A stretch of DNA of 64,000 bases from contig JACKPB010000009.1 in NCBI GenBank assembly GCA_024233875.1, positions 21,191 through 85,190 on the forward strand. The letters are read 5' to 3'. The DNA is from Leptospiraceae bacterium. Its GTDB lineage: Bacteria > Spirochaetota > Leptospiria > Leptospirales > Leptospiraceae. A program made the translations under genes and the position numbers. The notes below the pieces were generated by a model. That model did not search any database. It saw only the letters and a program-made list of their open reading frames with translations, and had not been told where the DNA came from. Shown here piece by piece: positions 37,517 to 48,753 of the stretch (position 1 is its first letter; each line of letters starts with the position of its first letter).

Positions 37517-38788
37517 ATGGATAAAGTTCTCAGTAACCCGCCCAAAAATATATCCTCTAAACACATTTTACTAGTTGATGATGATCCATTAATCCTCTCC
37601 ACTCTTCAAAAAATATTGAATTCAGAAAATATACCATCGATTGGTTATACCGATCCTTTGAAAGCTCTGGATTCGCTAAGAGAGTACAAACATTCTGTGG
37701 TGATCTGCGATCTATTCATGCCTCAAATGGGTGGAGAAGAGTTCCTAAAAATCGCTCTGGAAATACAACCCTATGCCATCCTACTCATTCTTTCCGGACA
37801 TCAGGATGTCAGTAGTGCCACACGTCTCATCAGAAAAGGTGCATATGACTATCTGATCAAACCCCTGGATCCTAAAGACCTTATCTTTTATGTCTCTAGA
37901 TCTTTCGAGATTTTTGACCTGAGAAAGCACGAAAGACTCACCGAGATTGAAAAAAAGATTCGAATTGAAACTCAGTTGAACTGGAACTTATACAAAGAGT
38001 CCATCATAAGGAAATCCTCAGATAAAAAAGACAGCAATATCATAGGAAATCTCAATGCCGGATTGATTCAGGGAGCGGGTATAGGAAATATCATTACCCT
38101 GGCGACTCTTATCAAATCCTCAGCTTCAATCCAGGATGATCAGTACATGATCAGCAAAGATATCATGGATATATTTTTTCAGAGCGCCGAAAATGCCTCA
38201 AAGGTTTTGGATGTTCTGAGTGAAGTAGAGTACATCATTGACAATGAAATCCCTTTGACAAAAATTTCTCTCCCCGATTTTCAAGAAACCATTCATATGG
38301 AAGTTGATGGCTTGTACCACTTCCAAAGAATTAATAACAACCATATGCGAGTTGGAAGAAACAATAGTCTCCCTTCAAAGAAATACGTTCTCATCAATCA
38401 GGAATACTTCACAAAAGCATTGAAAGAAATATTGGTCAACGCGATGAAATTTTCTATTTTTGGAAGTACTATCTATGTACTTTTTGAATTGAATGATAAA
38501 TTTATAAAAGTTTCAACCTTAAACTCTCCCGAGCTCAGTAACGGGAAGAGTCATATTCTGGAAGAGGACTACCAATCGATAGTATTTGAACCCTTCATAC
38601 GATTTTCTGATCATACTGACGAAAGGTACAATTCTTTCAATCTTGGGATAGGTTTGACTCTGGTCGAAAAAATCATTACCAGACACAATGGTAAGATCTA
38701 CATATCCAGCTTGAAAAATTTTCTCTCTACAGAAACTTCCGGAAAATTGATTTCAATGTCATTTGAAATTCCGATAGTAGAAAGTTAA
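37517..38788 (+). CDS. Response-regulator receiver domain fused to a histidine-kinase-like ATPase domain (no canonical HisKA phosphoacceptor seen)
   Basis: REC motifs (ILLVDDDPLI; CDLFMP; SGHQD…K). The C-terminal HATPase_c carries an N-box (LKEILVNAMKFS) and a G2-box (GIGLTLVEKII). Confidence 0.55.
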   Translation: MDKVLSNPPKNISSKHILLVDDDPLILSTLQKILNSENIPSIGYTDPLKALDSLREYKHSVVICDLFMPQMGGEEFLKIALEIQPYAILLILSGHQDVSSATRLIRKGAYDYLIKPLDPKDLIFYVSRSFEIFDLRKHERLTEIEKKIRIETQLNWNLYKESIIRKSSDKKDSNIIGNLNAGLIQGAGIGNIITLATLIKSSASIQDDQYMISKDIMDIFFQSAENASKVLDVLSEVEYIIDNEIPLTKISLPDFQETIHMEVDGLYHFQRINNNHMRVGRNNSLPSKKYVLINQEYFTKALKEILVNAMKFSIFGSTIYVLFELNDKFIKVSTLNSPELSNGKSHILEEDYQSIVFEPFIRFSDHTDERYNSFNLGIGLTLVEKIITRHNGKIYISSLKNFLSTETSGKLISMSFEIPIVES

Positions 38789-39042
38789 ATTTATTCTAAA
38801 TACATTTCAAGACTTTCTGTAAGTATTGGATCTGATTCACATTTCTTAGCTACCAAATCTGGTAGAAATCCTCAGATTTCAACCGAGGAATTTCATAAGT
38901 CACAAATATTTAAAATTTTTTATCAAAATATCTTCCCAAACTCAAAAAAGGGGAATTCTTTTGATTTCTATTATTAAAAAACTTTTCAGAAAGGATACAT
39001 TTTTAAAAAGGTATTATTAGAAACACATTCGGATAAACCATT

Positions 39043-40353
39043 ATGAGAGAAATTAAAACAGTAACAATTCTAGGTGCCAATGGTGCCATGGGTGCGGGAA
39101 GTGCGGGAGTCATTGCTTCTTTTGGTGAAGCAAAAGTCCACATGCTAGCCCGTGATCTGGGAAAAGCGAACGAAGGAATTTCCAAGGCTATCAAATCTGT
39201 CCGTACTGACACAATCAAAGATAGAATGATAGCAGGTACATATGATAATGACCTAGCCAAAGCAGTTTCAGAATCAGATTGGGTTTTTGAGTTAGTAGCT
39301 GAAAGTTATGAAGTCAAAGAACCCATAAACAAAGAAATTGCCAAGCATAGAAAACCCGGGACCATAGTATCCACTGTATCTTCCGGTTTATCTATTGAAC
39401 GTCTGGCTAAATCTTTTGATGAAGATGGTCAAAAACATTATTTTGGAACTCATTTCTTCAATCCTCCCTACAAAATGATTCTCTGTGAATTAGTATCACA
39501 CAAAGGCAATGACCCTAAGATCAAGTCTGAACTGGGTGCCTATCTGGAAAATGTCCTACGCAGAGCAGTAGTTTATACAAACGACACACCGGCTTTTGCA
39601 GGAAATCGCATTGGTTTTCAATTGATGAATGAGATTGCCCAATTGGCTGAAAGATATTCAGATAAGGGTGGAATCGCTCTTATGGACGAAATCATGGGTG
39701 GATTCACCGGTCGGGCAATGGGCCCTCTGGCGACAGTCGATTTCGTAGGACTGGATGTTCACAAAGCTATCGTAGACAATCTTTACGAATTTACCAAAGA
39801 TGCAGCTCATGAAACCTTCAAGTTGCCCGGTTACATGCAAAAACTCATCGATTCCGGTAACCTGGGAGCCAAATCGGGACAGGGTCTTATGAAGAGATCC
39901 AAAACTGCTGATGGAAAAAGAGAAAAGTTCGTGTACAATATCGCTACAGGAAATTACGATCCCTATCCAAAATTTGATATCGCTTTCACAAAACAAGCCT
40001 CTGATAGAATCAGAAGTTCTGACTACAAAGGTGCAATGGAAATCATCAAATCAGCAAAAGGTTTGGAAGCCGAGCTCTGCCGATACTTTATGGCACGATA
40101 CATCAGCTACTCACTTTCCATCGTGGGTGAAGTTGTAGACAATAAAGAAAACGCTGACAAAGCTATGGGTTTTGGATTCAACTGGGTGCCTGCTTCTGCA
40201 TTTGTAGATCTCCTGGGAGGAGTCAAATCCAGTATCCAGTTTATCGAGGATGCTAAAGTTCCCGTTCCTGATGTCCTTGCTAAAGCTGACAATTCCAAAC
40301 CATTCTATGAATTGCATGATATTTTAGATGCACGGGCTCTATTCCGAGCGTAA
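39043..40353 (+). CDS. 3-hydroxyacyl-CoA dehydrogenase family protein
   Basis: N-terminal Rossmann motif ([17 protein letters not shown]), the 3HCDH signature region and a duplicated C-terminal domain. Followed by a thiolase gene. Confidence 0.7.
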   Translation: MREIKTVTILGANGAMGAGSAGVIASFGEAKVHMLARDLGKANEGISKAIKSVRTDTIKDRMIAGTYDNDLAKAVSESDWVFELVAESYEVKEPINKEIAKHRKPGTIVSTVSSGLSIERLAKSFDEDGQKHYFGTHFFNPPYKMILCELVSHKGNDPKIKSELGAYLENVLRRAVVYTNDTPAFAGNRIGFQLMNEIAQLAERYSDKGGIALMDEIMGGFTGRAMGPLATVDFVGLDVHKAIVDNLYEFTKDAAHETFKLPGYMQKLIDSGNLGAKSGQGLMKRSKTADGKREKFVYNIATGNYDPYPKFDIAFTKQASDRIRSSDYKGAMEIIKSAKGLEAELCRYFMARYISYSLSIVGEVVDNKENADKAMGFGFNWVPASAFVDLLGGVKSSIQFIEDAKVPVPDVLAKADNSKPFYELHDILDARALFRA

Positions 40354-40370
40354 TTCTGAGGAGAAAAATT

Positions 40371-41636
40371 ATGGCAGAAAAAGTTTTTATATTAGGTGGA
40401 GAACAAACCGATTTCCAGAGAAACTGGTCCAAAGAAGGCAAAACCTTCATGGCTATGATGCGTGAAGTAGTTGAAGACGCTCTCCAGAAAACCGGAATGG
40501 AATATTCTGAAATCAAACGATTGAATGAAACCAACAGAGTAGCAGTTTTTGTTGGAAATTTTGATGCAGAACAATATGCGAACCAGGGTCATTTGGGAGC
40601 ATTTCTCACTGAAGTTCATCCTGCATTCAACGGAGTTCCCGGTGGTCGTTATGAGGCAGCCTGCGCTTCCGGTTCGGTAGCTCTCGATGCTGCATCCGCT
40701 CACATTCGTGCAGGGGACTATGATCTAGCTGTTGTAGTGGGGATCGAAGTGATGAAGACTGTCAACTCCGCTATCGGTGGTGATTTTCTCGGAACTGCGG
40801 CTTACTACGAAAAAGAAGCCAAAGGGATCGAGTTCCCCTTTCCAAAATTATTCGGAAAATTAGCCGATGTGATTTTGGATCGATACAAACTCAAAGAAGA
40901 AGTTTTCATGGATGCTCTTGCTGAGATTTCCCGAATCAATTATGACAATGCAAAACGTAATCCCAAATCTCAAACCAGAACCTGGTTTATGAACAAAGAA
41001 CATGCTTGTTCGAGAGGTGGCGAAAACAATATGTCTGTTGGTGGAAGACTTTGCATTACCGACTGCTCTCAGGTTACTGATGGAGCCGCTGTAGTCTTTT
41101 TGGCTTCTTCTTCTTACGCTGAAGAGTTTGCAAAGAAAACTGGTAAAAAATCCAGCGATTTCCCTCAGGTCAAAGGTTGGGGACACAGAGTGGCTCCCGT
41201 AACTTTCGCAGGAAAAGTGGCTGAATCAGAAGGCAACAAATTCATCGTTCCCTGGACAAGACAGGCTGTAGATGACGCATACAAAAGAGCCGGAATGAAT
41301 GTAGATCAGATTGATGTTTTTGAAACTCATGATTGCTTCACATCCAGTGAATATGCTGCGATTTCTGCATTCGGAATCACCGAACCCGGAAAAGAGCACG
41401 AAGCTATTCAAAATGGGATCATCGACTTCAAAGGCAAAAAGCCAATCAACCCGAGTGGTGGATTGATCGGAGTGGGTCACCCGGTAGGAGCAAGTGGAGT
41501 GAGAATGATGCTGGATCTCTACAAGCAGGTTACCGGTACAGCCGGTGGGTATCAGGTAGAAGGTGCCAAAAATGGTTTGATGTTGAACATTGGAGGATCC
41601 GCTACCACAAATATGGTTTTCGTAGTTGGTAAATAA
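40371..41636 (+). CDS. Thiolase family protein (acetyl-CoA C-acyltransferase / SCP-x-like thiolase)
   Basis: Thiolase fold pattern with active-site Cys region (…[12 protein letters not shown]…) and C-terminal …CITDCSQ…/GHPVGASG motifs. Confidence 0.65.
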   Translation: MAEKVFILGGEQTDFQRNWSKEGKTFMAMMREVVEDALQKTGMEYSEIKRLNETNRVAVFVGNFDAEQYANQGHLGAFLTEVHPAFNGVPGGRYEAACASGSVALDAASAHIRAGDYDLAVVVGIEVMKTVNSAIGGDFLGTAAYYEKEAKGIEFPFPKLFGKLADVILDRYKLKEEVFMDALAEISRINYDNAKRNPKSQTRTWFMNKEHACSRGGENNMSVGGRLCITDCSQVTDGAAVVFLASSSYAEEFAKKTGKKSSDFPQVKGWGHRVAPVTFAGKVAESEGNKFIVPWTRQAVDDAYKRAGMNVDQIDVFETHDCFTSSEYAAISAFGITEPGKEHEAIQNGIIDFKGKKPINPSGGLIGVGHPVGASGVRMMLDLYKQVTGTAGGYQVEGAKNGLMLNIGGSATTNMVFVVGK

Positions 41637-41641
41637 TCAGT

Positions 41642-42646
41642 TTGTACCTACCGCGACACTATAAAATCGATAAGAAAAAATCCGTCAATATAAAGCCATT
41701 TGTATTGATGGTTCTCATCATCGGAATTGGATTTGCTCTCTTCTCCAAGAAGAAGGAAATCCAATTCCTTTTTGCGGGGAATATTTCCCAAAAGTACACA
41801 AAATTAGAAAAAAAAATAATCTCCGGTATGGTATCCGGAAAAATCGAAAAAGAGTTCATCGGGGATTTTCAAGAAATCTCATTGGCTTTTTTTAATTCTG
41901 AGCCCACCAATCCTTCAGCACATCATGGACTGGCAAAAGCAGCCTACTACGAACTAGTAACCACAAACTTCTCTTTTGATGTAGACAAACTGCTTCACTT
42001 TGTTACCAATTCCAATTCCTCATCTACATCACTCACAGAAGTAAAACCCATTTTAGATAAAATATATAGAAACGCCCTAAGAGCCAAAGTATTTAGAAAT
42101 GAATTTCCCGAAATGGATTCCAATCAATTATTGATTTCTCTCTGCGAAACTCTCGAAGGTAGAAAACGCCCCGCACTCATTCTAGAACAACTTATCCAAA
42201 TCAAATATGAAAATATCTCACCGGAACTAAAACCTATCTTCCTCTGGCTCAATTTTATCACTACAGTCAATTCAGGTGATTTGGATGCTCTGGAAGCAAT
42301 TTTTGAAATGAACAAAAAATTAGAATCGGGATTGAACATCAAAATCAAAAAACGTGAATTTGGATTTTTGATGGGAATCGCTAATTACAATCAAAAAGAA
42401 TATGTTCAGGCACTTCAATACTTCAGAGAATCCAGAATTCAAAAAATGGATTTTTTAACAATAGAGTCGATAAAATTTGAAGCTTCTATCTTTCATATAC
42501 AAAACCTACACGAAAAAGCAATCTCCCTTTTAGAAAATCTCTACACAACCCTGAACAATGAAGACGAAACCATCAAAGAAAAAATTCGCCTTATCCTACT
42601 TACCAAACCCGGATTGCGTTCTAAACTAGTGGGACTGGAACAATGA
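41642..42646 (+). CDS. Hypothetical protein with an N-terminal TM helix and a helical-repeat (TPR-like) body
   Basis: One TM helix (FVLMVLIIGIGFALF). Overlaps the pyrC start by 4 bp. Confidence 0.3.
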   Translation: MYLPRHYKIDKKKSVNIKPFVLMVLIIGIGFALFSKKKEIQFLFAGNISQKYTKLEKKIISGMVSGKIEKEFIGDFQEISLAFFNSEPTNPSAHHGLAKAAYYELVTTNFSFDVDKLLHFVTNSNSSSTSLTEVKPILDKIYRNALRAKVFRNEFPEMDSNQLLISLCETLEGRKRPALILEQLIQIKYENISPELKPIFLWLNFITTVNSGDLDALEAIFEMNKKLESGLNIKIKKREFGFLMGIANYNQKEYVQALQYFRESRIQKMDFLTIESIKFEASIFHIQNLHEKAISLLENLYTTLNNEDETIKEKIRLILLTKPGLRSKLVGLEQ

Positions 42647-43893
42647 CTTCATCCATTTCCGGTAAGATTGCGACTCATGAGAAAACATTTTATGGGTCGA
42701 TTGTCTTTGACCAAAATTCTGGTTTAATACAAGAAATCCTTCCAGACAAGATTATTGAAAACTCCAAAAAATTCTCTGACTCCTGTGTGATCTTCCCCGG
42801 ATTTGGAGACATTCACGTCCATGCTAGAGAGGATGCATCCGGAAAGCATACTTACAAAGAAGACTATTTAAGCTGTGGAAATGCCGCAATCAATGGTGGC
42901 GTAGTTCAGATCTGTGATATGCCCAACAATCCGATTCCGCCTATCGATGACTCCTCCTACAACCAAAAAAAAATTCTCTCCCAGAAGTCTCCCATTCATG
43001 TGACACTCTATGCCGGAGTCGGACCGGATACCCAACCTCTCTCTCAAAATGTACCCTACAAAGCATTCATGGGCCCCTCGATAGGAGAGTTGTATTTCAA
43101 AAACAATGAAGATCTCGAGAAGACTATTTCACGGTACACCGGTCAAAATGTAAGCTTTCATTGTGAAGATCCTATCATTCTAGAAAAATCCAAGTCAGAA
43201 AGATTGCACGAAGACAGAAGACCCAGAGAAGCAGAACTTCTTGCGACTGATTTTGCACTTTATTTGATAGAAAAGTACAATCTTCGGGGAAAGCTCTGTC
43301 ATTACTCCACCGGAGATGGCCTAAAGAAAATCATTCAGGCAAAAGAAAAAGGTATCCGTGTGACCTGTGAAGTCACTCCTACCCATCTTTTCTTTGATCG
43401 CTCCATGTTGAATGAAGAAAATTACAAATGGTTTCAAATGAACCCACCTCTTAGAAATGCTGAAGACAAAGAAATTCTACTTCAGGCTCTCAAAGATGGG
43501 CACATTGACTACTTAGCCACAGATCACGCTCCGCATACTCGTGAAGAGAAAGAAAATCATATCAGCGGAATCTCCCAATTGGATACTTTCGGTCTTTTTG
43601 CAACACATCTAATCTTAGAAAAAAACGTATCTCTTCAAAAAATTGTAGAAGTATGCTCCAAAAACCCGGGAAGCTTTGTTCAGGAATATCTTCCTACCCA
43701 CTTCGGAAAGGGTTTTGGAGTTTTGGAACCCGGATACAGTGCTTCCTTTACAATTTTGAATCTTCAGAAACCCACAGTTTTCTCAAAAGAAAAAATCAAG
43801 AGTAAAAGTGGATGGTCTCCATTTGAGGGTCATACGTTCCCAGGATCGATTGAATCTGTTTTTTATCACGGGAAAGAGATAAATCATACTTAG
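42643..43893 (+). CDS. pyrC: Dihydroorotase (amidohydrolase superfamily)
   Basis: Metal-binding motifs DIHVHAR and DHAPH, a catalytic Asp region, about 416 aa. Confidence 0.7.
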   Translation: MTSSISGKIATHEKTFYGSIVFDQNSGLIQEILPDKIIENSKKFSDSCVIFPGFGDIHVHAREDASGKHTYKEDYLSCGNAAINGGVVQICDMPNNPIPPIDDSSYNQKKILSQKSPIHVTLYAGVGPDTQPLSQNVPYKAFMGPSIGELYFKNNEDLEKTISRYTGQNVSFHCEDPIILEKSKSERLHEDRRPREAELLATDFALYLIEKYNLRGKLCHYSTGDGLKKIIQAKEKGIRVTCEVTPTHLFFDRSMLNEENYKWFQMNPPLRNAEDKEILLQALKDGHIDYLATDHAPHTREEKENHISGISQLDTFGLFATHLILEKNVSLQKIVEVCSKNPGSFVQEYLPTHFGKGFGVLEPGYSASFTILNLQKPTVFSKEKIKSKSGWSPFEGHTFPGSIESVFYHGKEINHT

Positions 43894-44036
43894 ATAAAAA
43901 CCAAAATCAATTTTTATGGTTTTCAGAATTCATATAAAAAATAAACTCTGATTAATTACGTTATTCTTATGATTTCAAATTCCATTCCCCTCAATTTCAA
44001 TAGATAGCTTTCTCTAATGCTTTTGACTTTAAGAAA

Positions 44037-45380
44037 ATGATAGATTTTAAACTTCTCACCACACAAAAACTTCCAATCCAGATAGAAGAATTGCAATTTT
44101 GTGTGTACAGTAAGGATCAATTGATTCGGGAAAAGATTCAAAAAACTGTATCACTTCTCAACCTAAATCAATTCAAACTTAAGTACAGTTTTTTTACTAA
44201 CCTGGATGAATCTATTGAATTCATCACTTACAATCAAAAATCTAAGATTTTATTCCTGGACTACAATCAATCTTACGAAAGGGATTCGATTCAAAGAAGG
44301 ATCATTGAAATTCACAATGACCCCTGGTTGCACGGAACTTTGATTGTAATACTAGCCAATCAACTAACTTCTAAAGAATTTGAGGAACTATTAAATTATG
44401 GTGTGATTGATATCATTTCTTCAAAAGATCTATTAGAAAAATCAAATCTTCTTCTGAGAATCATTTCAAGTATCTACAACAAACTTCGATTCAATCAGTT
44501 TTCACAGAACAATTCAATCATCAAAAATGGTCGTATTCGTATCAAATCCGATCTGAATCTAATTCCGGATGTTTGTGATCTTTTGATAAGTTATTCGTAT
44601 CAAATTGGAATCAGAAATCTAAAACAACTTTCCAAGATATATCTTACACTTTTTGAAATGATTTCAAACGCTATTGAACATGGGAACTGTGGAATAGGTT
44701 TTTATAAGAAATCTGAGTTGATCAAAAAGAATATCAATCTAAGTACCTACATCTCTGAAATGAATCAAAACCCGGATATCGCATCCAAAAGAGTTGAGAT
44801 AAAGTACGAACTGCAAACTCAAATAGCCAGGTTTCAGATTTCTGATCAGGGAGAAGGTTTTGATGTAAGAAAAACCATTCAACTCGAACAGATCAAAGAT
44901 TTGAATCGTGTGAACGGTCGGGGTATTTTGATGTCAACCAAACTTGTTGACTCTCTCCAGTACAATTCCATCGGAAATAAGGTTCGTTTTTCTCTCAAAA
45001 ATCCCCAGGAATTTGTCCCTAAGAATTCTCCTATTTTTGATTTCTCTAATGAAAAAGAACTAGTTTTGAAAGAGGGAGAAATACTCATACGGGAAGATAC
45101 AGATGCAGACTTCTTGTATTTTATTATTTCCGGAAAACTGGGCGTCTACAAGAACAATCGACTGATCGCTACCTTAAATCATGAGGATATATTTGTAGGA
45201 GAGATGTCCTTCCTTGAACAAACACAGAGGACGGGAACTGTCATTGCTCTCTCACAATCTAAGGTTTTGCCCATATCCCAAAGAGGATTCATCGATATGC
45301 TTAAGACGTATCCTTATGCTGGAGTTGTTCTGGCCAGATTGCTTTCAAAAAGATTGATTCGAAGAAACCTCTCAGATTGA
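44037..45380 (+). CDS. Multidomain regulator: N-terminal receiver-like region, a GHKL ATPase (anti-sigma-factor-kinase-like) domain and a C-terminal cyclic-nucleotide-binding domain
   Basis: GHKL N-box (EMISNAIEHGN) and G-boxes (DQGEGFD; NGRGILM). C-terminal cNMP motif (…VGEMSFLEQTQRTGTVIALS…). Confidence 0.55.
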   Translation: MIDFKLLTTQKLPIQIEELQFCVYSKDQLIREKIQKTVSLLNLNQFKLKYSFFTNLDESIEFITYNQKSKILFLDYNQSYERDSIQRRIIEIHNDPWLHGTLIVILANQLTSKEFEELLNYGVIDIISSKDLLEKSNLLLRIISSIYNKLRFNQFSQNNSIIKNGRIRIKSDLNLIPDVCDLLISYSYQIGIRNLKQLSKIYLTLFEMISNAIEHGNCGIGFYKKSELIKKNINLSTYISEMNQNPDIASKRVEIKYELQTQIARFQISDQGEGFDVRKTIQLEQIKDLNRVNGRGILMSTKLVDSLQYNSIGNKVRFSLKNPQEFVPKNSPIFDFSNEKELVLKEGEILIREDTDADFLYFIISGKLGVYKNNRLIATLNHEDIFVGEMSFLEQTQRTGTVIALSQSKVLPISQRGFIDMLKTYPYAGVVLARLLSKRLIRRNLSD

Positions 45381-45630
45381 GATCTTCTAAAGTTCGAATC
45401 CACACTCTTCCCAAAAAAAATATTCTTCTGTTTCATAAAAATTTTAGGAAACTCTAAAATTTAGTGCTGATATTTTTAATGCGACATAACTTTTATATAA
45501 AATTTTGACTCACTTCTCTATTCATTGATGGGATTTAGTACATGGTTTTTTGGGGATTCAATTTGAATTTGTATAGACAACAATAGTTTTTCATATACTC
45601 TGTCCAAAAGAGAAAAGGGAATCATCAGAC

Positions 45631-46002
45631 ATGATTATCGTTGAAGGGATAGACCACTTAAATTTAGCAGTTACTGACTTACAGAAATCAGTAGCTTTTT
45701 ACTCCGAGATCTTCGATTTTGAAATTGAGGATGATGCACATAGGGGATATGTCGTAATGACCTTAGACCCGATTAAGATTAAGTTAGTCAAAGTGGACAA
45801 AGTAGAAAATCCACTCAGTGCACTAAATATTCCACAGTTTAGTTTTGTAATGGATGTTGATGACTTCACTGAAGCCATAACAGAGTTCGAAGCCAAAGGA
45901 ATCGAAATTGTAAAAGGACCGGAAACCACAGAAAATGGTGGTGAAACTCTCTTATTCAAAGATCCGGACAACAATCTTATCGAAATTTTCTACACAAATT
46001 AA
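45631..46002 (+). CDS. VOC family protein (glyoxalase/bleomycin-resistance/dioxygenase fold)
   Basis: 123 aa, N-terminal HLNLAV…Y motif and a paired beta-alpha-beta-beta-beta module pattern. Confidence 0.65.
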   Translation: MIIVEGIDHLNLAVTDLQKSVAFYSEIFDFEIEDDAHRGYVVMTLDPIKIKLVKVDKVENPLSALNIPQFSFVMDVDDFTEAITEFEAKGIEIVKGPETTENGGETLLFKDPDNNLIEIFYTN

Positions 46003-46035
46003 TTTACGGGTCGATGACCCGTATCACTCCTAACA

Positions 46036-47148
46036 ATGGATTACCGTTCTCAAAAAGAATTAGCAAAATCTGCAATAGAATTAGTTGAAAAGTTCCAATC
46101 CCGTTGGAAACTTCTAAATCTTCAAACAGATTCTGATCGTCTCGCTTCTTATAAAGAAAGAGCCGCATCCCCTGACTTCTGGAATGATCCGGAAAAAGCT
46201 CAGGAAATCACCAAACTCCAAAAACAAATTGAAACAAAATTAGCTCCCTGGCTGGAAATCAAACAGGAGATCCTCGATTTTCCCGATCTAATTGAACTCA
46301 CACTAGAAGAAGAAGGTGAGTCAGCCCTGGCTACTTTAAATGCCGACCTAACGGTTCTAGAGGAGAAATTTGAAGATCTAGAGATTCTTGGTGCCCTTGC
46401 CGGTCCGGAAGACTCCAGCAATGCATTTTTTAATATTCACCCCGGTGCGGGTGGGACAGAGAGCCAGGATTGGGCTGACATTCTCTTCCGTATGTATTCC
46501 CGTTATTTCGAATCAAAGGGATACCAGGTGGATATAGTTGACTACCAGGAAGGGGAAGGTGCAGGTATCAAAAATGTAACTCTCTATGTTCAGGGGGAGT
46601 ACGCTTTCGGATACCTAAAAGGAGAAAATGGAATCCATAGATTGGTTCGTATTTCTCCTTTTGATGCAAACAAACGAAGACACACATCCTTTGCATCTGT
46701 TCACGTCGAGCCCGAATTGGATGACAGTATAAATGTAGTCATAGAAGACAAAGACTTACGTGTCGACACCTACCGATCCTCAGGGGCAGGAGGTCAGCAT
46801 GTCAACAAGACTGATTCAGCAGTGCGAATGACTCACATTCCCACAGGAATCGTTGTTCAATGCCAAAATGAGCGCTCTCAAATCAAGAACCGTTCCACTG
46901 CTATGAAAATGTTGAAAGCCAAACTTTTTGAATTAGAAAAGCAAAAAAACGCTGACGAAGCGGCTAAGAAATCAGGCGAAAAGAAGGACATTGCCTGGGG
47001 ATCTCAGATCAGAAGCTATGTCTTTCATCCGTACAATATGATAAAAGACCATCGCACCGACCATGAAACTGCGAATATCGGTCCTGTCATGGATGGTGAT
47101 TTAGATCCCTTTATCATGGCGTATCTCAAATCACAGATAGCCAAATAA
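46036..47148 (+). CDS. prfB: Peptide chain release factor 2 (single continuous ORF; no programmed +1 frameshift site)
   Basis: SPF tripeptide-region homolog, universal GGQ motif ([16 protein letters not shown]), RF2-type N-terminus (…[11 protein letters not shown]…). Confidence 0.9.
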   Translation: MDYRSQKELAKSAIELVEKFQSRWKLLNLQTDSDRLASYKERAASPDFWNDPEKAQEITKLQKQIETKLAPWLEIKQEILDFPDLIELTLEEEGESALATLNADLTVLEEKFEDLEILGALAGPEDSSNAFFNIHPGAGGTESQDWADILFRMYSRYFESKGYQVDIVDYQEGEGAGIKNVTLYVQGEYAFGYLKGENGIHRLVRISPFDANKRRHTSFASVHVEPELDDSINVVIEDKDLRVDTYRSSGAGGQHVNKTDSAVRMTHIPTGIVVQCQNERSQIKNRSTAMKMLKAKLFELEKQKNADEAAKKSGEKKDIAWGSQIRSYVFHPYNMIKDHRTDHETANIGPVMDGDLDPFIMAYLKSQIAK

Positions 47149-47190
47149 AATCATTACAACTCACCTTAAGTTAAGCACTCCACTATTCTA

Positions 47191-48546
47191 TCAATCGTTC
47201 TTTATGGTTTCTACCGGGTCCAGATTTGCCGCCCAACGTGCAGGGAAATAACCTGCCAATCCCGAAAGAATTGTTGAAGCTGTTGTCACCATAAAAATGA
47301 AAGAAATATCTATATCTACAGGAAGATGATCAAAGTAATAAATATCTTTTGGAACCAGTTCGATATTTCTCCAGGATGATTTATAAAATATTGGACCGAA
47401 GAAATTTATGGTCTCGCTCAATCCATTGATGATTGTTTCCAAATTATTAGCGTAGTAGACGCCTATGATTCCACCGATTACTGAAGACAGCAAACCAATG
47501 ATCATAGAATTTAAGGTAAAAATGAGTAAAATGGATGAGGAAGGTAGGCCGAGTGCTTTGAGGATACCGATTGATTTTCTTTTAGAACGTACAAGTGAGT
47601 ACACTGTGGCTACCATGCCCAGAGCGGCCAGGATAATGAAGAGAAAGACAATATTGGAAATTATCGTTTTTTCCATTCGGAGAGCAGCGAGAAAATTTGC
47701 CTGTTCCTCGGCAATTGTTTTGACAATAAAGTAATTTCCGGAGCTTTCGATTTTCTTATTGAAATCAATCTCTCGAATAGTATCCAGAATTAGCTCTTTG
47801 ACATATTCCAATTCATCTAAGGATTTTACTTTGAGAGTCAACTGATTTACGGAATTGTTAAGTTTAAAAAACTTTTGTGCAACAGGAAGAGATAGATAAA
47901 CAAATTTTGAATCGTAATTGTAGTACCCTGTCTTGAACAATCCTACGATCTCAAAATTATTTACATTGAGCTCCACTCCTCGGGTAACATTGAAACTTCC
48001 ACTGGGAACCGCTATCGTGATTGCCCGTCCGAGATGAAACCCATAGAGATTGAACATTTCTTTCCCGATGACTACGGTATTGTTTGAATTGATCGTATTG
48101 ATGGATTCTCTATTGTAGTACTCCAACCTCGGAAAATTTGGGATCTCATTTTGCATGAGTGATTTTGTATCCTCCACCGGGATAGCCCGAATCATGATAG
48201 GTACAAAAGTATTATTGTTTTGAAGAAGTCCGTGGCTGGTGATATTTCCCTGGATTGTCACGATCCGTTTTTTCAACTCTTCATTTTCAAGTAGAACCGA
48301 AATCACCTTTTCGTAATTCTTTATCTCCCCTGTCCCATAATTGTTCTCAATAGTGACATGAGGACCTCCATTCCAGAGGGACTCCTTAACCTGCTTTTGG
48401 AATCCATTGAAAATAGAAAGGACAACAATTAGAAGAGAAACACCAACTGCCATGACAATGAAAGAAAGTCTGGATTTGAGGGACAAGAGACCGAATGCCC
48501 TGGAGCCTCTGATGTATCTGAATGTGATGAGTGAGATTATATTCAT
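47191..48546 (-). CDS. Lipoprotein-releasing system transmembrane permease (LolC/LolE family, FtsX-like)
   Basis: N-terminal LolC/E pattern ([19 protein letters not shown]…), 4 TM helices with a large periplasmic loop and a C-terminal FtsX domain. Confidence 0.7.
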   Translation of the reverse strand: MNIISLITFRYIRGSRAFGLLSLKSRLSFIVMAVGVSLLIVVLSIFNGFQKQVKESLWNGGPHVTIENNYGTGEIKNYEKVISVLLENEELKKRIVTIQGNITSHGLLQNNNTFVPIMIRAIPVEDTKSLMQNEIPNFPRLEYYNRESINTINSNNTVVIGKEMFNLYGFHLGRAITIAVPSGSFNVTRGVELNVNNFEIVGLFKTGYYNYDSKFVYLSLPVAQKFFKLNNSVNQLTLKVKSLDELEYVKELILDTIREIDFNKKIESSGNYFIVKTIAEEQANFLAALRMEKTIISNIVFLFIILAALGMVATVYSLVRSKRKSIGILKALGLPSSSILLIFTLNSMIIGLLSSVIGGIIGVYYANNLETIINGLSETINFFGPIFYKSSWRNIELVPKDIYYFDHLPVDIDISFIFMVTTASTILSGLAGYFPARWAANLDPVETIKND

Positions 48547-48753
48547 TTCGATTGATTCCGAATGAGAATTATGTCTAGTAAGATGGCCTTAGAAGCGGTA
48601 TGGAGCTTAGAATCTCTGAATATCCTTTCCATTTTTAAATTTGGAAAATCCTGATTTTGTTTACTTCTCATTATACCTTAGGATTTTTTGAGAGTGGATT
48701 TTTGGGAAGCAAAATAATCCTAATTTCCTAGCCAAATCTCCAGAGTTCAGAAT

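Noticed and set aside
46036-47148. Looked for the programmed +1 frameshift site typical of many bacterial prfB genes
   Set aside because: The full-length RF2, including the N-terminus, is encoded in one continuous frame from the ATG. There is no in-frame early UGA or CUU UGA shifty site. This is an ordinary unframeshifted prfB.
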